From assembly GCA_965223545.1 (NCBI GenBank), contig OZ245006.1, forward strand, positions 5,600,001 through 5,664,000: a DNA stretch of 64,000 nt. The letters are read 5' to 3'. The translations under genes and the position numbers were made by a program. The stretch is from Planctomycetota bacterium. GTDB taxonomy: Bacteria > Planctomycetota > UBA1135 > UBA2386. The notes below the pieces were generated by a model. That model was not told the DNA's origin and ran no database searches. It saw only the letters and a list, made by a program, of their open reading frames with translations. The stretch's first letter is position 1. Every line of letters starts with the position of its first letter. Positions 56,330-64,000 of this stretch are shown here, piece after piece.

Positions 56330-57595
56330 ATGACGAAGACTCTCGGATCCGTGGCAGCAGTGTTGGCGACGGCATCGGTCGCGTGGGCCGGAGGCGAAGG
56401 CAATGGCAAGGGCGGCAAGCCGGCTCCCAAGGCCGACAGCCCCTCTCCGCTGACAGCCCCGCAGGACCCCGCCACCACCATCAAAGCGGCGTCTGGCAAG
56501 GGGTTCACCATCTCGAGCGGTGACGACTTCTCCATCAACATCGCCAATCGCCTGCAGCTGCTCTGGCGCTACACCGACAGCGACGGCGGTCAGGACGTCA
56601 ACAGCTTCCGCATCCGCCGCGCGCGGACCGCGATGAAGGGGCACGTGTTCGACCCGCGCGTCCAGTACAAGCTGCAGCTCGACTGGGCTTCCAGCACGCG
56701 CATCAAGGATGCGTGGGTGCGCTACGTCGCGTGGGGCGAAGAGGACGCCGGCCGCGTCGGCTTCCGCCTCGGCCAGCAGAAGACGCGCCACGGCAAGGAG
56801 GCCGAGGGCACTTCGGGTGCGCTGGACCACACCACTCGCTCGCTGGCGTCGCGCACCTTCGCCGGTGTGCGCGCCACGGGCCTCTGGATCGAGGGCGCCC
56901 ACGCCGACGACAAGCTGCACTGGGAAGCCGGTGTGGCCAACTCCGACACCGCGGGTGCTTCGACGGCGGTCGAAGGTGGCGCCGACGGCGCGCGCAACCG
57001 CGACAACGAGCTGAACTACTTCTTCGGCATCTCGTTCGATCCGTTCGGCGACATGGGCGGCGAAGACCTGGGCTCGAAGAGCTACAAGCAGGGCGATCTC
57101 GGCCACACCGAGAACGCGCTCTGGACCTTCGGCTCGAGCATCATGGTCGGCAACCATCAGACCGCCGCCGGTGCGGCCGATGTCGAGACCGTGTCCTGGA
57201 ACTTCAACACCGCGGTCAAGGTCGCCGGCCTGCACGCTCTCGGTGAGGTCTTCCTGCGCACCGACGATCAGACCGCTGGCCCCGAGGCGGACGCCACCGG
57301 TTTTGCGGTCGGCGCTTCCTACACGATGCCGAAGCCCGAGGACTACGCCGCGCAGTGGTCGTTCGCCGCGCGCTACTCGCTGGTCGACTACGACGACGCG
57401 CCGGTGCTGTTGCTGGATCCCTCGCTGGGTGGCGCCGCGGGCGACGTCAGCGAGATCAACGGCACGGTGACCGCGTACTACCGCGAGCATCGCATGAAGA
57501 CGCAGATCGGCTACACCTTCCAGACGGCCGAGCCCGCGGGTGGCGCCGATGTCGATACCCACCAGATCGACGTCATGTTCCAGCTGATGTTCTGA
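56330..57595 (+). CDS. Phosphate-selective porin (OprO/OprP family)
   Basis: Signal peptide; FRIRRAR, YKLQLD, IKDAWV, LGQQK; C-terminal Phe; located in Pho locus. Confidence 0.85.
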   Translation: MTKTLGSVAAVLATASVAWAGGEGNGKGGKPAPKADSPSPLTAPQDPATTIKAASGKGFTISSGDDFSINIANRLQLLWRYTDSDGGQDVNSFRIRRARTAMKGHVFDPRVQYKLQLDWASSTRIKDAWVRYVAWGEEDAGRVGFRLGQQKTRHGKEAEGTSGALDHTTRSLASRTFAGVRATGLWIEGAHADDKLHWEAGVANSDTAGASTAVEGGADGARNRDNELNYFFGISFDPFGDMGGEDLGSKSYKQGDLGHTENALWTFGSSIMVGNHQTAAGAADVETVSWNFNTAVKVAGLHALGEVFLRTDDQTAGPEADATGFAVGASYTMPKPEDYAAQWSFAARYSLVDYDDAPVLLLDPSLGGAAGDVSEINGTVTAYYREHRMKTQIGYTFQTAEPAGGADVDTHQIDVMFQLMF

Positions 57596-57605
57596 GGCGG
57601 CCGCT

Positions 57606-57664
57606 CGCGCGGCACCCGGTGTCGCGCGGTGCCTGGCGAACCGCCGCACTGCCGGTGGTTCGCC
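57606..57664. terminator. Tandem GC-rich hairpins between convergent porin and phoR genes
   Basis: CGCGCGGCAC-ccg-GTGTCGCGCG (57606-57628) and GGCGAACCGCCG-cactgc-CGGTGGTTCGCC (57635-57664); no U tract. Confidence 0.55.
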
Positions 57665-57675
57665 GCCGGGATCGC

Positions 57676-59454
57676 CTACGGGCGTTCCGGTGAGAGCGGC
57701 AGCCACACGCGAAACGAGCTGCCCACGCCCAGCGTGCTGTCGACGGAAACGCGTCCCGAGTGCGCAAGCACGGCGTGCTTGACGATCGAGAGACCGAGTC
57801 CGGTGCCGCCGAGCTCGCGCGATCGGGCGCGGTCGACCCGGTAGAAGCGCTCGAAGATGCGCTCTTGCTGCTCCGGTGCCAGTCCGACGCCAGTGTCGTC
57901 GACGCGCAGCAGGGCCTCGCCGCCGTCGACCGTCAGGGTCACGTGGACCGAGCCGCCGGCCGGGGTGTACTTGAGGGCGTTGCCGAGCAAGTTGTCGACC
58001 AGTTGGCGCAGCATCTCGGCATCGCCGAACACCGGCACGGGATCCGGCGGAAGATCGGTGGCCAGCGTCAGGTCGTTGTCGTCGGCGCGCGTCGCGAGCA
58101 GCTCCACCGAGGCCCGCACCGGCGTGCGCAGGTCGAGTGGTCCACGACGCGGCCCGAGTCCCTGCGACTCGATCCGCGAGAGCGTCAACAAGTCGGCGAC
58201 CAGAGCGGATAGACGGTGGGAATGATCTTTGATCTTGAGCAGGAAGCGCTCGCGAACCTCGGGAGGTGCGTCGCGGTCATCGAGCAGAGTCTCGACGAAG
58301 CCACGGATCGAGGTCAGCGGCGTCTTCAGCTCGTGCGAGACGTTGGTGACGAAGTCCCGCCGGACCTGCTCGAGCCGCCGTTGTCCGGTGATGTCGTGCA
58401 GCACGACCACCGCGCCGGCGATGTGCCCCACGGCTTCGCTGCGAAGAGGGGTGGCGTGCAAGGACAGGCTGCGCGCGCCGTCCCGTCCCGAAAGGGTGAT
58501 CTCGTCGCGGGCTTCGCGGGTTCCGCGGATCACCCGTTCCAGCAGCTGCCAAACCGGCTGCACTCGGGTGATGTCCCACAGCGTCCGACCGGTGACTTGC
58601 CCCGCTTCGATGCCGAGCGCGCGGCGCGCCTCGTTGTTGATCTGCACCACCCGCATCTCGCGGTCGACTGCGACGACGCCCTCGACCATGCTGCCGAGAA
58701 TTGCGAGCGCCTCGCGCCGCTCCCGGTGCAGGGTCTCGCCCCGGCTACTGAGCTGGTCGGCGATGCCGTTGAGGGTGCTGCCCAAGCCGCCCAGCTCACG
58801 CGTGGCGTCCGCGGGGACGCGGGCTTCGTGGTCGCCGGCCGCCAGGCGGTCCGCGACATGGCCGATCAGTCGCAGTCGTCGCTGTCGGCGCCTGATCACC
58901 ACGGCCACGATTGCCATGGCCCCGGCCGTGCACGCCAAGACGCGCCAGGCTAGCGCGGCTTGGCGGCGACGGGCCGCCGCTTCGATCGAGGCGATGGCGC
59001 GTCCGGCGCGAACCGTTCGATTCTCCGTGCCGTCCGGGTCGGTGACCGACTGCGCGACGAACAGCCCTTCGCCGCCGAGCTGTGGGCTGAACCGGCGGTA
59101 GACGGAGGACGAGCCGGGCGACCGGCGCCGCTCGCTGGCCGTCGCCGGTGCCGGCAAACCGGGACCGGGGGATTGCGCCGTGACCACTCCGTCGGCGTTG
59201 AACACACACAGCGCGACGTCCAGCTGTCTGGAGGCGTCGGCCAGCGCCGCCGACAGGTCGTCGCCCGCGGGGGTTCGCGCGGCCAGCGCCGCCAGCCAGT
59301 GCGCGCTGGCGCGCAGCTCGGCGGTCGCCGCGTCGCGCTGATCGTCGGCGATCGCCGCCGCCTGCCAGGCGAGCACGAACCCACCGCAGCCGGCGATCAC
59401 ACCGAGCATGATGGCGGAGAACTGGCTCACGGCGGGGGAGGCGCTGCCGCGCAC
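57676..59454 (-). CDS. phoR: Phosphate regulon sensor histidine kinase (HAMP-PAS-HisKA-HATPase)
   Basis: Two TM helices; SMVEGVVAVD PAS; DFVTNVSHELKTPLTSIRG H-box; NLLGNALKY, DTGVG, FERFYRVD, GGTGLGLSIVKH. Confidence 0.92.
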   Translation of the reverse strand: MRGSASPAVSQFSAIMLGVIAGCGGFVLAWQAAAIADDQRDAATAELRASAHWLAALAARTPAGDDLSAALADASRQLDVALCVFNADGVVTAQSPGPGLPAPATASERRRSPGSSSVYRRFSPQLGGEGLFVAQSVTDPDGTENRTVRAGRAIASIEAAARRRQAALAWRVLACTAGAMAIVAVVIRRRQRRLRLIGHVADRLAAGDHEARVPADATRELGGLGSTLNGIADQLSSRGETLHRERREALAILGSMVEGVVAVDREMRVVQINNEARRALGIEAGQVTGRTLWDITRVQPVWQLLERVIRGTREARDEITLSGRDGARSLSLHATPLRSEAVGHIAGAVVVLHDITGQRRLEQVRRDFVTNVSHELKTPLTSIRGFVETLLDDRDAPPEVRERFLLKIKDHSHRLSALVADLLTLSRIESQGLGPRRGPLDLRTPVRASVELLATRADDNDLTLATDLPPDPVPVFGDAEMLRQLVDNLLGNALKYTPAGGSVHVTLTVDGGEALLRVDDTGVGLAPEQQERIFERFYRVDRARSRELGGTGLGLSIVKHAVLAHSGRVSVDSTLGVGSSFRVWLPLSPERP

Positions 59455-59455
59455 C

Positions 59456-60145
59456 TCAGTCCTTGAAGCGATAGCCCATGCTGCGCACGGTCTGGATCAG
59501 GTCCCGGCGGTTGCCGAGCTTCTGCCGAATCGCGCGGACGTGGACGTCGATGTTGCGGTCCAGCACCACGGCGGTCTCGCCGATCACCCGACTCAAGAGC
59601 TCGCCGCGGCTGAAAACACGGCCGGGGTGTGCGGCGAGAAAGTGCAGCAGGCGAAACTCGGTGGGCGTGAGCTCGAGCGGTTCGCCGCCGAGCACGACTT
59701 CGTGCCGCACCGAGTCGATGACGAGCTCGTCGCGAATGATGCGTTCAGCCGCACTCCGCTCGTCGCGCAGCGGCCCGCGGCGCAACACGGCCTCGACGCG
59801 GGCCAGCAGGGCGCGTGGGCTGAACGGTTTGGCGACGTAGTCGTCGGCGCCGACGCCGAGACCGAGCACGATGTCGCTCTCCTCGGCCTTCGCGGTCACC
59901 ATCACGACTGCGATGCCGCGAGTGACTGGATCGCGCTTGAGGCGGCGGCACAGCTCGATGCCGTCGACGCCGGGAAGCATCAGGTCGAGGATCACCAAGT
60001 CCGGCGCCTCGCGCCGGGCCTGAAGCAGGCCCCGCTCACCGTTGGGCGTGCTCTTCACTCGATACCCCTCGCGCTTGAGGTTGTACTCGATGAGCTCCCG
60101 AATGTCGTCGTCGTCTTCGATGACGAGGATCGTCTCGCGTTTCAC
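59456..60145 (-). CDS. phoB: OmpR/PhoB-family response regulator
   Basis: VIEDD, ILDLMLPG, TAK, GADDYVAKPF, LTPTEFRLL, RNIDVHVRAIRQKL, TVRSMGY; GTG start. Confidence 0.9.
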   Translation of the reverse strand: MKRETILVIEDDDDIRELIEYNLKREGYRVKSTPNGERGLLQARREAPDLVILDLMLPGVDGIELCRRLKRDPVTRGIAVVMVTAKAEESDIVLGLGVGADDYVAKPFSPRALLARVEAVLRRGPLRDERSAAERIIRDELVIDSVRHEVVLGGEPLELTPTEFRLLHFLAAHPGRVFSRGELLSRVIGETAVVLDRNIDVHVRAIRQKLGNRRDLIQTVRSMGYRFKD

Positions 60146-60235
60146 TGGTCTGTCGTTGGGCTTGCTCGGTGCGACGGCTCTTGCAAGGACGGCTCGGTCG
60201 CCACCCAAGGCCTTGGAGAGGTTAGATCGCGCTCG

Positions 60236-60262
60236 ATGAAGATACCGTGAAGGCCGCGTGAA
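60236..60262 (-). promoter_or_regulatory. Pho-box-like triple repeat upstream of phoB
   Basis: Minus strand TTCACgcggcc-TTCACggtatc-TTCAT, 11-bp period. Confidence 0.75.
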
Positions 60263-60416
60263 ACGCTGGCACCGGATGGCTTTACGCCGTCTTCGCGACT
60301 TGCTTCGCCGATCACATGCCTTCTTAACGGCAGTGCTCATCGGATCTTCATGAACCGGGCCTACGGTCCCGCCAGCTCGGCCGCCCACTGCGGCCCTCCT
60401 AGCGAGAAAGTGACCC

Positions 60417-61439
60417 ATGATTCGTTATCCAAGTGCACTGTTGGTTTCCTGCGCGGCGACGTTGACCGCGACGTCTGCCGAGGCACAGGTCAAGGTCGAC
60501 CCGCGCTTGCCCGCCTACGAGCGCTCGGATGCCGGCATCTCCGGCAGCATCAAGAGCATCGGCTCGGACACGATGAACAACCTGATGACCCTCTGGGCCG
60601 AGGGCTTCCAGGCGATCTATCCCAACGTGGAAGTCGAGATCGAGGGCAAGGGGTCCTCGACTGCGCCGCCGGCGCTGATCGAGGGCACGTCCACCTTCGG
60701 ACCGATGAGCCGACCGATGAAGTCCGAAGAGAAGGACAAGTTCGAGGAGGCGTTCGGCTACAAGCCGGTCGAGCTCGGCACCTCGATCGACATGCTCGCG
60801 GTCTACGTCCACAAGGACAATCCGATCGCGCAGCTCGGTCTCTCCCTGCAGCAGGTCGACGCGATCTTCTCCAAGACCCGCAAGGGAGGGGCTGGCGCCG
60901 ATATCACCACCTGGGGCCAGCTCGGGTTGACCGGCGAGTGGGCCGACAAGCCGATCAGCCTCTATGGCCGCAACTCGGCGTCGGGCACCTACGGCTACTT
61001 TCGTGACAAGGCGCTGTTCAAGGGCGACTACAAGGACGAGGTCAAGGAGCAGCCCGGCAGCTCCTCGGTGGTGCAGGGTGTCGCCAGCGACCGCTACGGC
61101 ATCGGCTACAGCGGCATCGGCTACATGACCGCCGATGTGCGGGCACTGCCGCTGAGCAAGTCTGAGAGCGGCCGCAAGGTGGCGGCGACGCCCGAGAACG
61201 CCAACAGCTACCCGCTCAGCCGGTTCCTGCTCTTGGCGACCAACTACAAGCCCGGCAGTCGGCTCGACCCTCTGCGCCGCGAGTTCATCCGGTTCATCTA
61301 CAGCCGCCAGGGCCAGCAGGTGGTCGTCAAGGATGGCTACCTGCCGCTGTCGCTGCCGCTGTGCCAGAGGGCTCTCGCCGAAGTCGGCCTGACCCTGTCC
61401 GCCGATGTTGGCGCGGTCGAGGCCGCGTCCGGACGGTAG
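60417..61439 (+). CDS. pstS: Phosphate ABC transporter substrate-binding protein
   Basis: GSDTMNNL, GKGSSTAPPAL, GPMSR, GRNSASGTYGYF, GIGYSGIGY, YPLSR. Confidence 0.96.
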   Translation: MIRYPSALLVSCAATLTATSAEAQVKVDPRLPAYERSDAGISGSIKSIGSDTMNNLMTLWAEGFQAIYPNVEVEIEGKGSSTAPPALIEGTSTFGPMSRPMKSEEKDKFEEAFGYKPVELGTSIDMLAVYVHKDNPIAQLGLSLQQVDAIFSKTRKGGAGADITTWGQLGLTGEWADKPISLYGRNSASGTYGYFRDKALFKGDYKDEVKEQPGSSSVVQGVASDRYGIGYSGIGYMTADVRALPLSKSESGRKVAATPENANSYPLSRFLLLATNYKPGSRLDPLRREFIRFIYSRQGQQVVVKDGYLPLSLPLCQRALAEVGLTLSADVGAVEAASGR

Positions 61440-61445
61440 CCGCGC

Positions 61446-64000
61446 ATGGGCGAGGGGTTCGTCCGCTACCGGCGTGCCAAGCACGGGCGTGCCTCGGTAC
61501 GGGTTGCCGAGGTCGTCTCCCGCGCGTTCATCACGCTCGGCGGGATGGGCACCATCGTCGCTGTCAGTGGCGTCCTCCTCTTCTTGCTGTGGGTCGTCAA
61601 AGACCTGTTCTCGGCGGCGGAGTTCGGCGACGTGCGGGCGATTGCCGACGTCGGCCGCAGCCGGATCATCGGTTGTGACGAGTATCGCGTTGTCGCCTGG
61701 CAGTTGGACCAAGGTGGCCGGCTGCGGGTCGTCGCGATGCACGACGGCGAGGTTCTTGCCGAGCATTCGCTTGGCGAGGGCGCCGCGCTGACGGCGGTCG
61801 CTCCCGTGCCGGCCGCCGCGCGACCGAACTCGCGGCAGGCGCGCACCGATCTGTCGCTCGGCTTCGACGATGGCACCGTGCACGTCGTCGAGCTGGTCTT
61901 CACGACGGAGTACTTCGAGGCGGATGAGGTGCCCGCCGCGGTCCGCTCGCTCGGCGAAACCGACGCCGTGGCGTGGGCTGGCGGTGTGGTGCAACGCACG
62001 CCGAGCCGCCAGTTCCGCCGACAGACGCTGGCTGTCGCTGCCCGACCAGCGCTGCAGGTTTCCGGGCCCGTGCGTGCGCTGCACCGCGGGCAGGGCCCCG
62101 ACGGCCCGTTGTTGGCGGTGCTGTGGCAGCGCGGGCAAGAGGCGGTCGCGGGCGTGGCGGTCGGCGAGATGCAGATCGACTTCGGTACCGGAGAGGAGCA
62201 GCTGGCTTGGACCGAACCGGCCGAGTTCGCCTTGCCCGACGACCTCGCTCCCAGCACCGTGCTGGTCACCGACGCCGGCGGCAACGCCCTCGTCCTCGGC
62301 GGCGATGGCGACAGCGTGCGCTTCTCGATTCGAGATCCGGCAGCGCCCGCGGTGGCGGAGCGCGTCGACCTGCTGCCGGACGATGGCGTCGTCGTGTCGG
62401 CGACCGGCTTGCTGCTCGGCGACAGCACGCTTCTGGTGGGTGGTGACGACGGCAGTGTGCGCGGCTGGTTCTTGCGCAACGACGCCGCCAACGAGGTCGA
62501 TGGCACCGCTCTGATCGAAGGCCACCGGATGCAGCTCGAGGGCGGCGCCGTGCGTTGCTTTGCCACCTCCGAGCGCGAACGCATCTTCTTGGCCGGCGTC
62601 GACGATGGCGCCGTGCACGCGCTGTTCATGACCTCGGAGCGGTGGATGGCCGCCGCGCGCGTGCCCGGCGGCACCCGCCCGGACGCGGTCGCCATGGCGC
62701 CGAAGAACGACGGCATCCTCGCCGCGCACGACAATGCCGTCTCGTACTGGCACTTCGATCCCAAGCACCCCGAGATCACCGCGCAGACCCTGCTGGGCCG
62801 GGTGCACTACGAGCGCTATCCGGAGCCCGACTACGTTTGGCAGTCGTCCAGCGGCAACGACGACTTCGAGAAGAAGTTCTCCCTCGTGCCCCTGATCTTC
62901 GGCACCGCCAAGGCCACCGTGTACTCGATGGCGTTCGGCGCGCCGTTGGCCTTGCTGGCGGCGATCTACACGTGCGAGTTCCTCAGCCGGCGGGCGCGCG
63001 CCCGGATCAAGCCGATCATCGAGATGATGGCGAGCCTGCCGTCCGTCGTGTTGGGCTTCCTCGCCGCTCTCGTCATCGCGCCATTCGTCGAGCAGGTCGT
63101 GCCGTCGGTGCTGTGCTCGTTCTTCACCGTGCCGTTTGCCTTGCTGCTCGGTGCCAATCTCTGGCGGTTGCTGTCGCGCGATTCGGCGTTGCGGCTGGAT
63201 GCCTGGCGATTGCCGCTGATGGGGCTGACCTTGCTCGGCGGCCTGCTGGTGGCGGCGCTGCTCGGTCCAGCGATCGAGCGACTGTTGTTTGCCGGTGACG
63301 TGCGGGCGTGGTTGGGCGGCAACGCCGGCTCCGGGCGCAGTGGCTGGTTCGTCACGCTGCTGCCGGGCGCGGCGCTGGTCGTGACCTTCTGGGTCGTGCG
63401 TTGGGTGCATCCCCGGCTGCATTCATGGAGCGGCTCGACCGGCGAGGGGGCGCGGCATCTGCTCGCATTCGTCCTCGCGAGCGGCGTGACGCTGGGGTTG
63501 GCGTGGCTGTTGGCCGTGCTGATCTACGATGGGCCGTCGTTCATCGGCTGGGGCCGCCCCGACCTGCGGCACGGGTTGAGCATCGGCGGTTTCGACCTGT
63601 CACCGATCGCGACCTACGACCAGCGCAACGCGATGATCGTCGGTTTCGTGATGGGGTTCGCCGTGATCCCGATCATCTACACGATCGCGGAGGACGCGCT
63701 GGCGAGCGTCCCCGAGCACCTGCGCGCCGCGTCGCTCGGCGCCGGTGCGACCCAGTGGCAGACCGCGACCCGCATCGTGATCCCGACGGCGATGAGTGGC
63801 TTGTTCTCCGCCGTCATGATCGGTCTCGGCCGCGCCGTCGGCGAGACCATGATCGTGCTGATGGCGGCTGGCAACACACCCGTGCTGTCGATGAACGCCT
63901 TCAGCGGCTTCCGCACCTTGTCCGCCAACATCGCCACCGAGTTGCCCGAGGCGGCACGCGACTCGACGCACTACCGCACGCTGTTCCTCGCTGCTCTGGT
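61446..64000 (+). CDS. pstC: Phosphate ABC transporter permease PstC with large WD40-like extracytoplasmic domain (3' end outside window)
   Basis: Not in the ORF track (no stop in window); MGEGFVRY...AFITLGGMGTI; later YVWQSSSG.DDFE.KFSLVPLIFGT.KA, IKPIIEMMASLPSVVLGF, AEDALASVP, GRAVGETMIVLMAAGN. Confidence 0.93.
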   Translation, partial: MGEGFVRYRRAKHGRASVRVAEVVSRAFITLGGMGTIVAVSGVLLFLLWVVKDLFSAAEFGDVRAIADVGRSRIIGCDEYRVVAWQLDQGGRLRVVAMHDGEVLAEHSLGEGAALTAVAPVPAAARPNSRQARTDLSLGFDDGTVHVVELVFTTEYFEADEVPAAVRSLGETDAVAWAGGVVQRTPSRQFRRQTLAVAARPALQVSGPVRALHRGQGPDGPLLAVLWQRGQEAVAGVAVGEMQIDFGTGEEQLAWTEPAEFALPDDLAPSTVLVTDAGGNALVLGGDGDSVRFSIRDPAAPAVAERVDLLPDDGVVVSATGLLLGDSTLLVGGDDGSVRGWFLRNDAANEVDGTALIEGHRMQLEGGAVRCFATSERERIFLAGVDDGAVHALFMTSERWMAAARVPGGTRPDAVAMAPKNDGILAAHDNAVSYWHFDPKHPEITAQTLLGRVHYERYPEPDYVWQSSSGNDDFEKKFSLVPLIFGTAKATVYSMAFGAPLALLAAIYTCEFLSRRARARIKPIIEMMASLPSVVLGFLAALVIAPFVEQVVPSVLCSFFTVPFALLLGANLWRLLSRDSALRLDAWRLPLMGLTLLGGLLVAALLGPAIERLLFAGDVRAWLGGNAGSGRSGWFVTLLPGAALVVTFWVVRWVHPRLHSWSGSTGEGARHLLAFVLASGVTLGLAWLLAVLIYDGPSFIGWGRPDLRHGLSIGGFDLSPIATYDQRNAMIVGFVMGFAVIPIIYTIAEDALASVPEHLRAASLGAGATQWQTATRIVIPTAMSGLFSAVMIGLGRAVGETMIVLMAAGNTPVLSMNAFSGFRTLSANIATELPEAARDSTHYRTLFLAAL

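Overview
Very GC-rich bacterial chromosomal window, most likely Planctomycetota (inferred from a DUF1549/DUF1553 protein, a DUF1501 protein and a PVC-type multidomain dehydrogenase-like protein). It holds about 48 genes; I saw no rRNA, tRNA or CRISPR array. In order: 3' end of a CusA/CzcA-type RND gene, GNAT, FG-GAP protein, pdxH, a redox cluster (thioredoxin-fold gene with an in-frame UGA in a W-U-G-W-C motif plus a SECIS-like hairpin, 1-Cys peroxiredoxin, hydrolase-OsmC), phoX, membrane sulfatase-like protein, asnS followed by SGNH protein, GT4 and a pyrrolyl-2-carboxyl-PCP-type cassette (carrier protein, Pro-type A domain, prolyl-PCP dehydrogenase), yceI, PSD1 protein, BNR protein, a structured intergenic region with a possible Y1/RAYT transposase remnant, B12 radical SAM, HEAT protein plus PilV/W/X-like pilins, DUF1501, DEAD-box helicase, a 1434-aa cupredoxin-tailed dehydrogenase-like protein, PLP decarboxylase, a GT/kinase/sulfotransferase operon, and a Pho locus (phoU, porin, phoR, phoB, pstS, truncated pstC) with 11-bp periodic Pho-box-like repeats. 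Best leads: (1) the hidden selenoprotein, (2) the pyrrole cassette tied to glycan-modifying genes rather than a PKS, (3) a shared C-terminal domain on three unrelated secreted proteins that may be a sorting signal. All calls come from reading motifs by eye; no database searches were run, and many start codons are best estimates.
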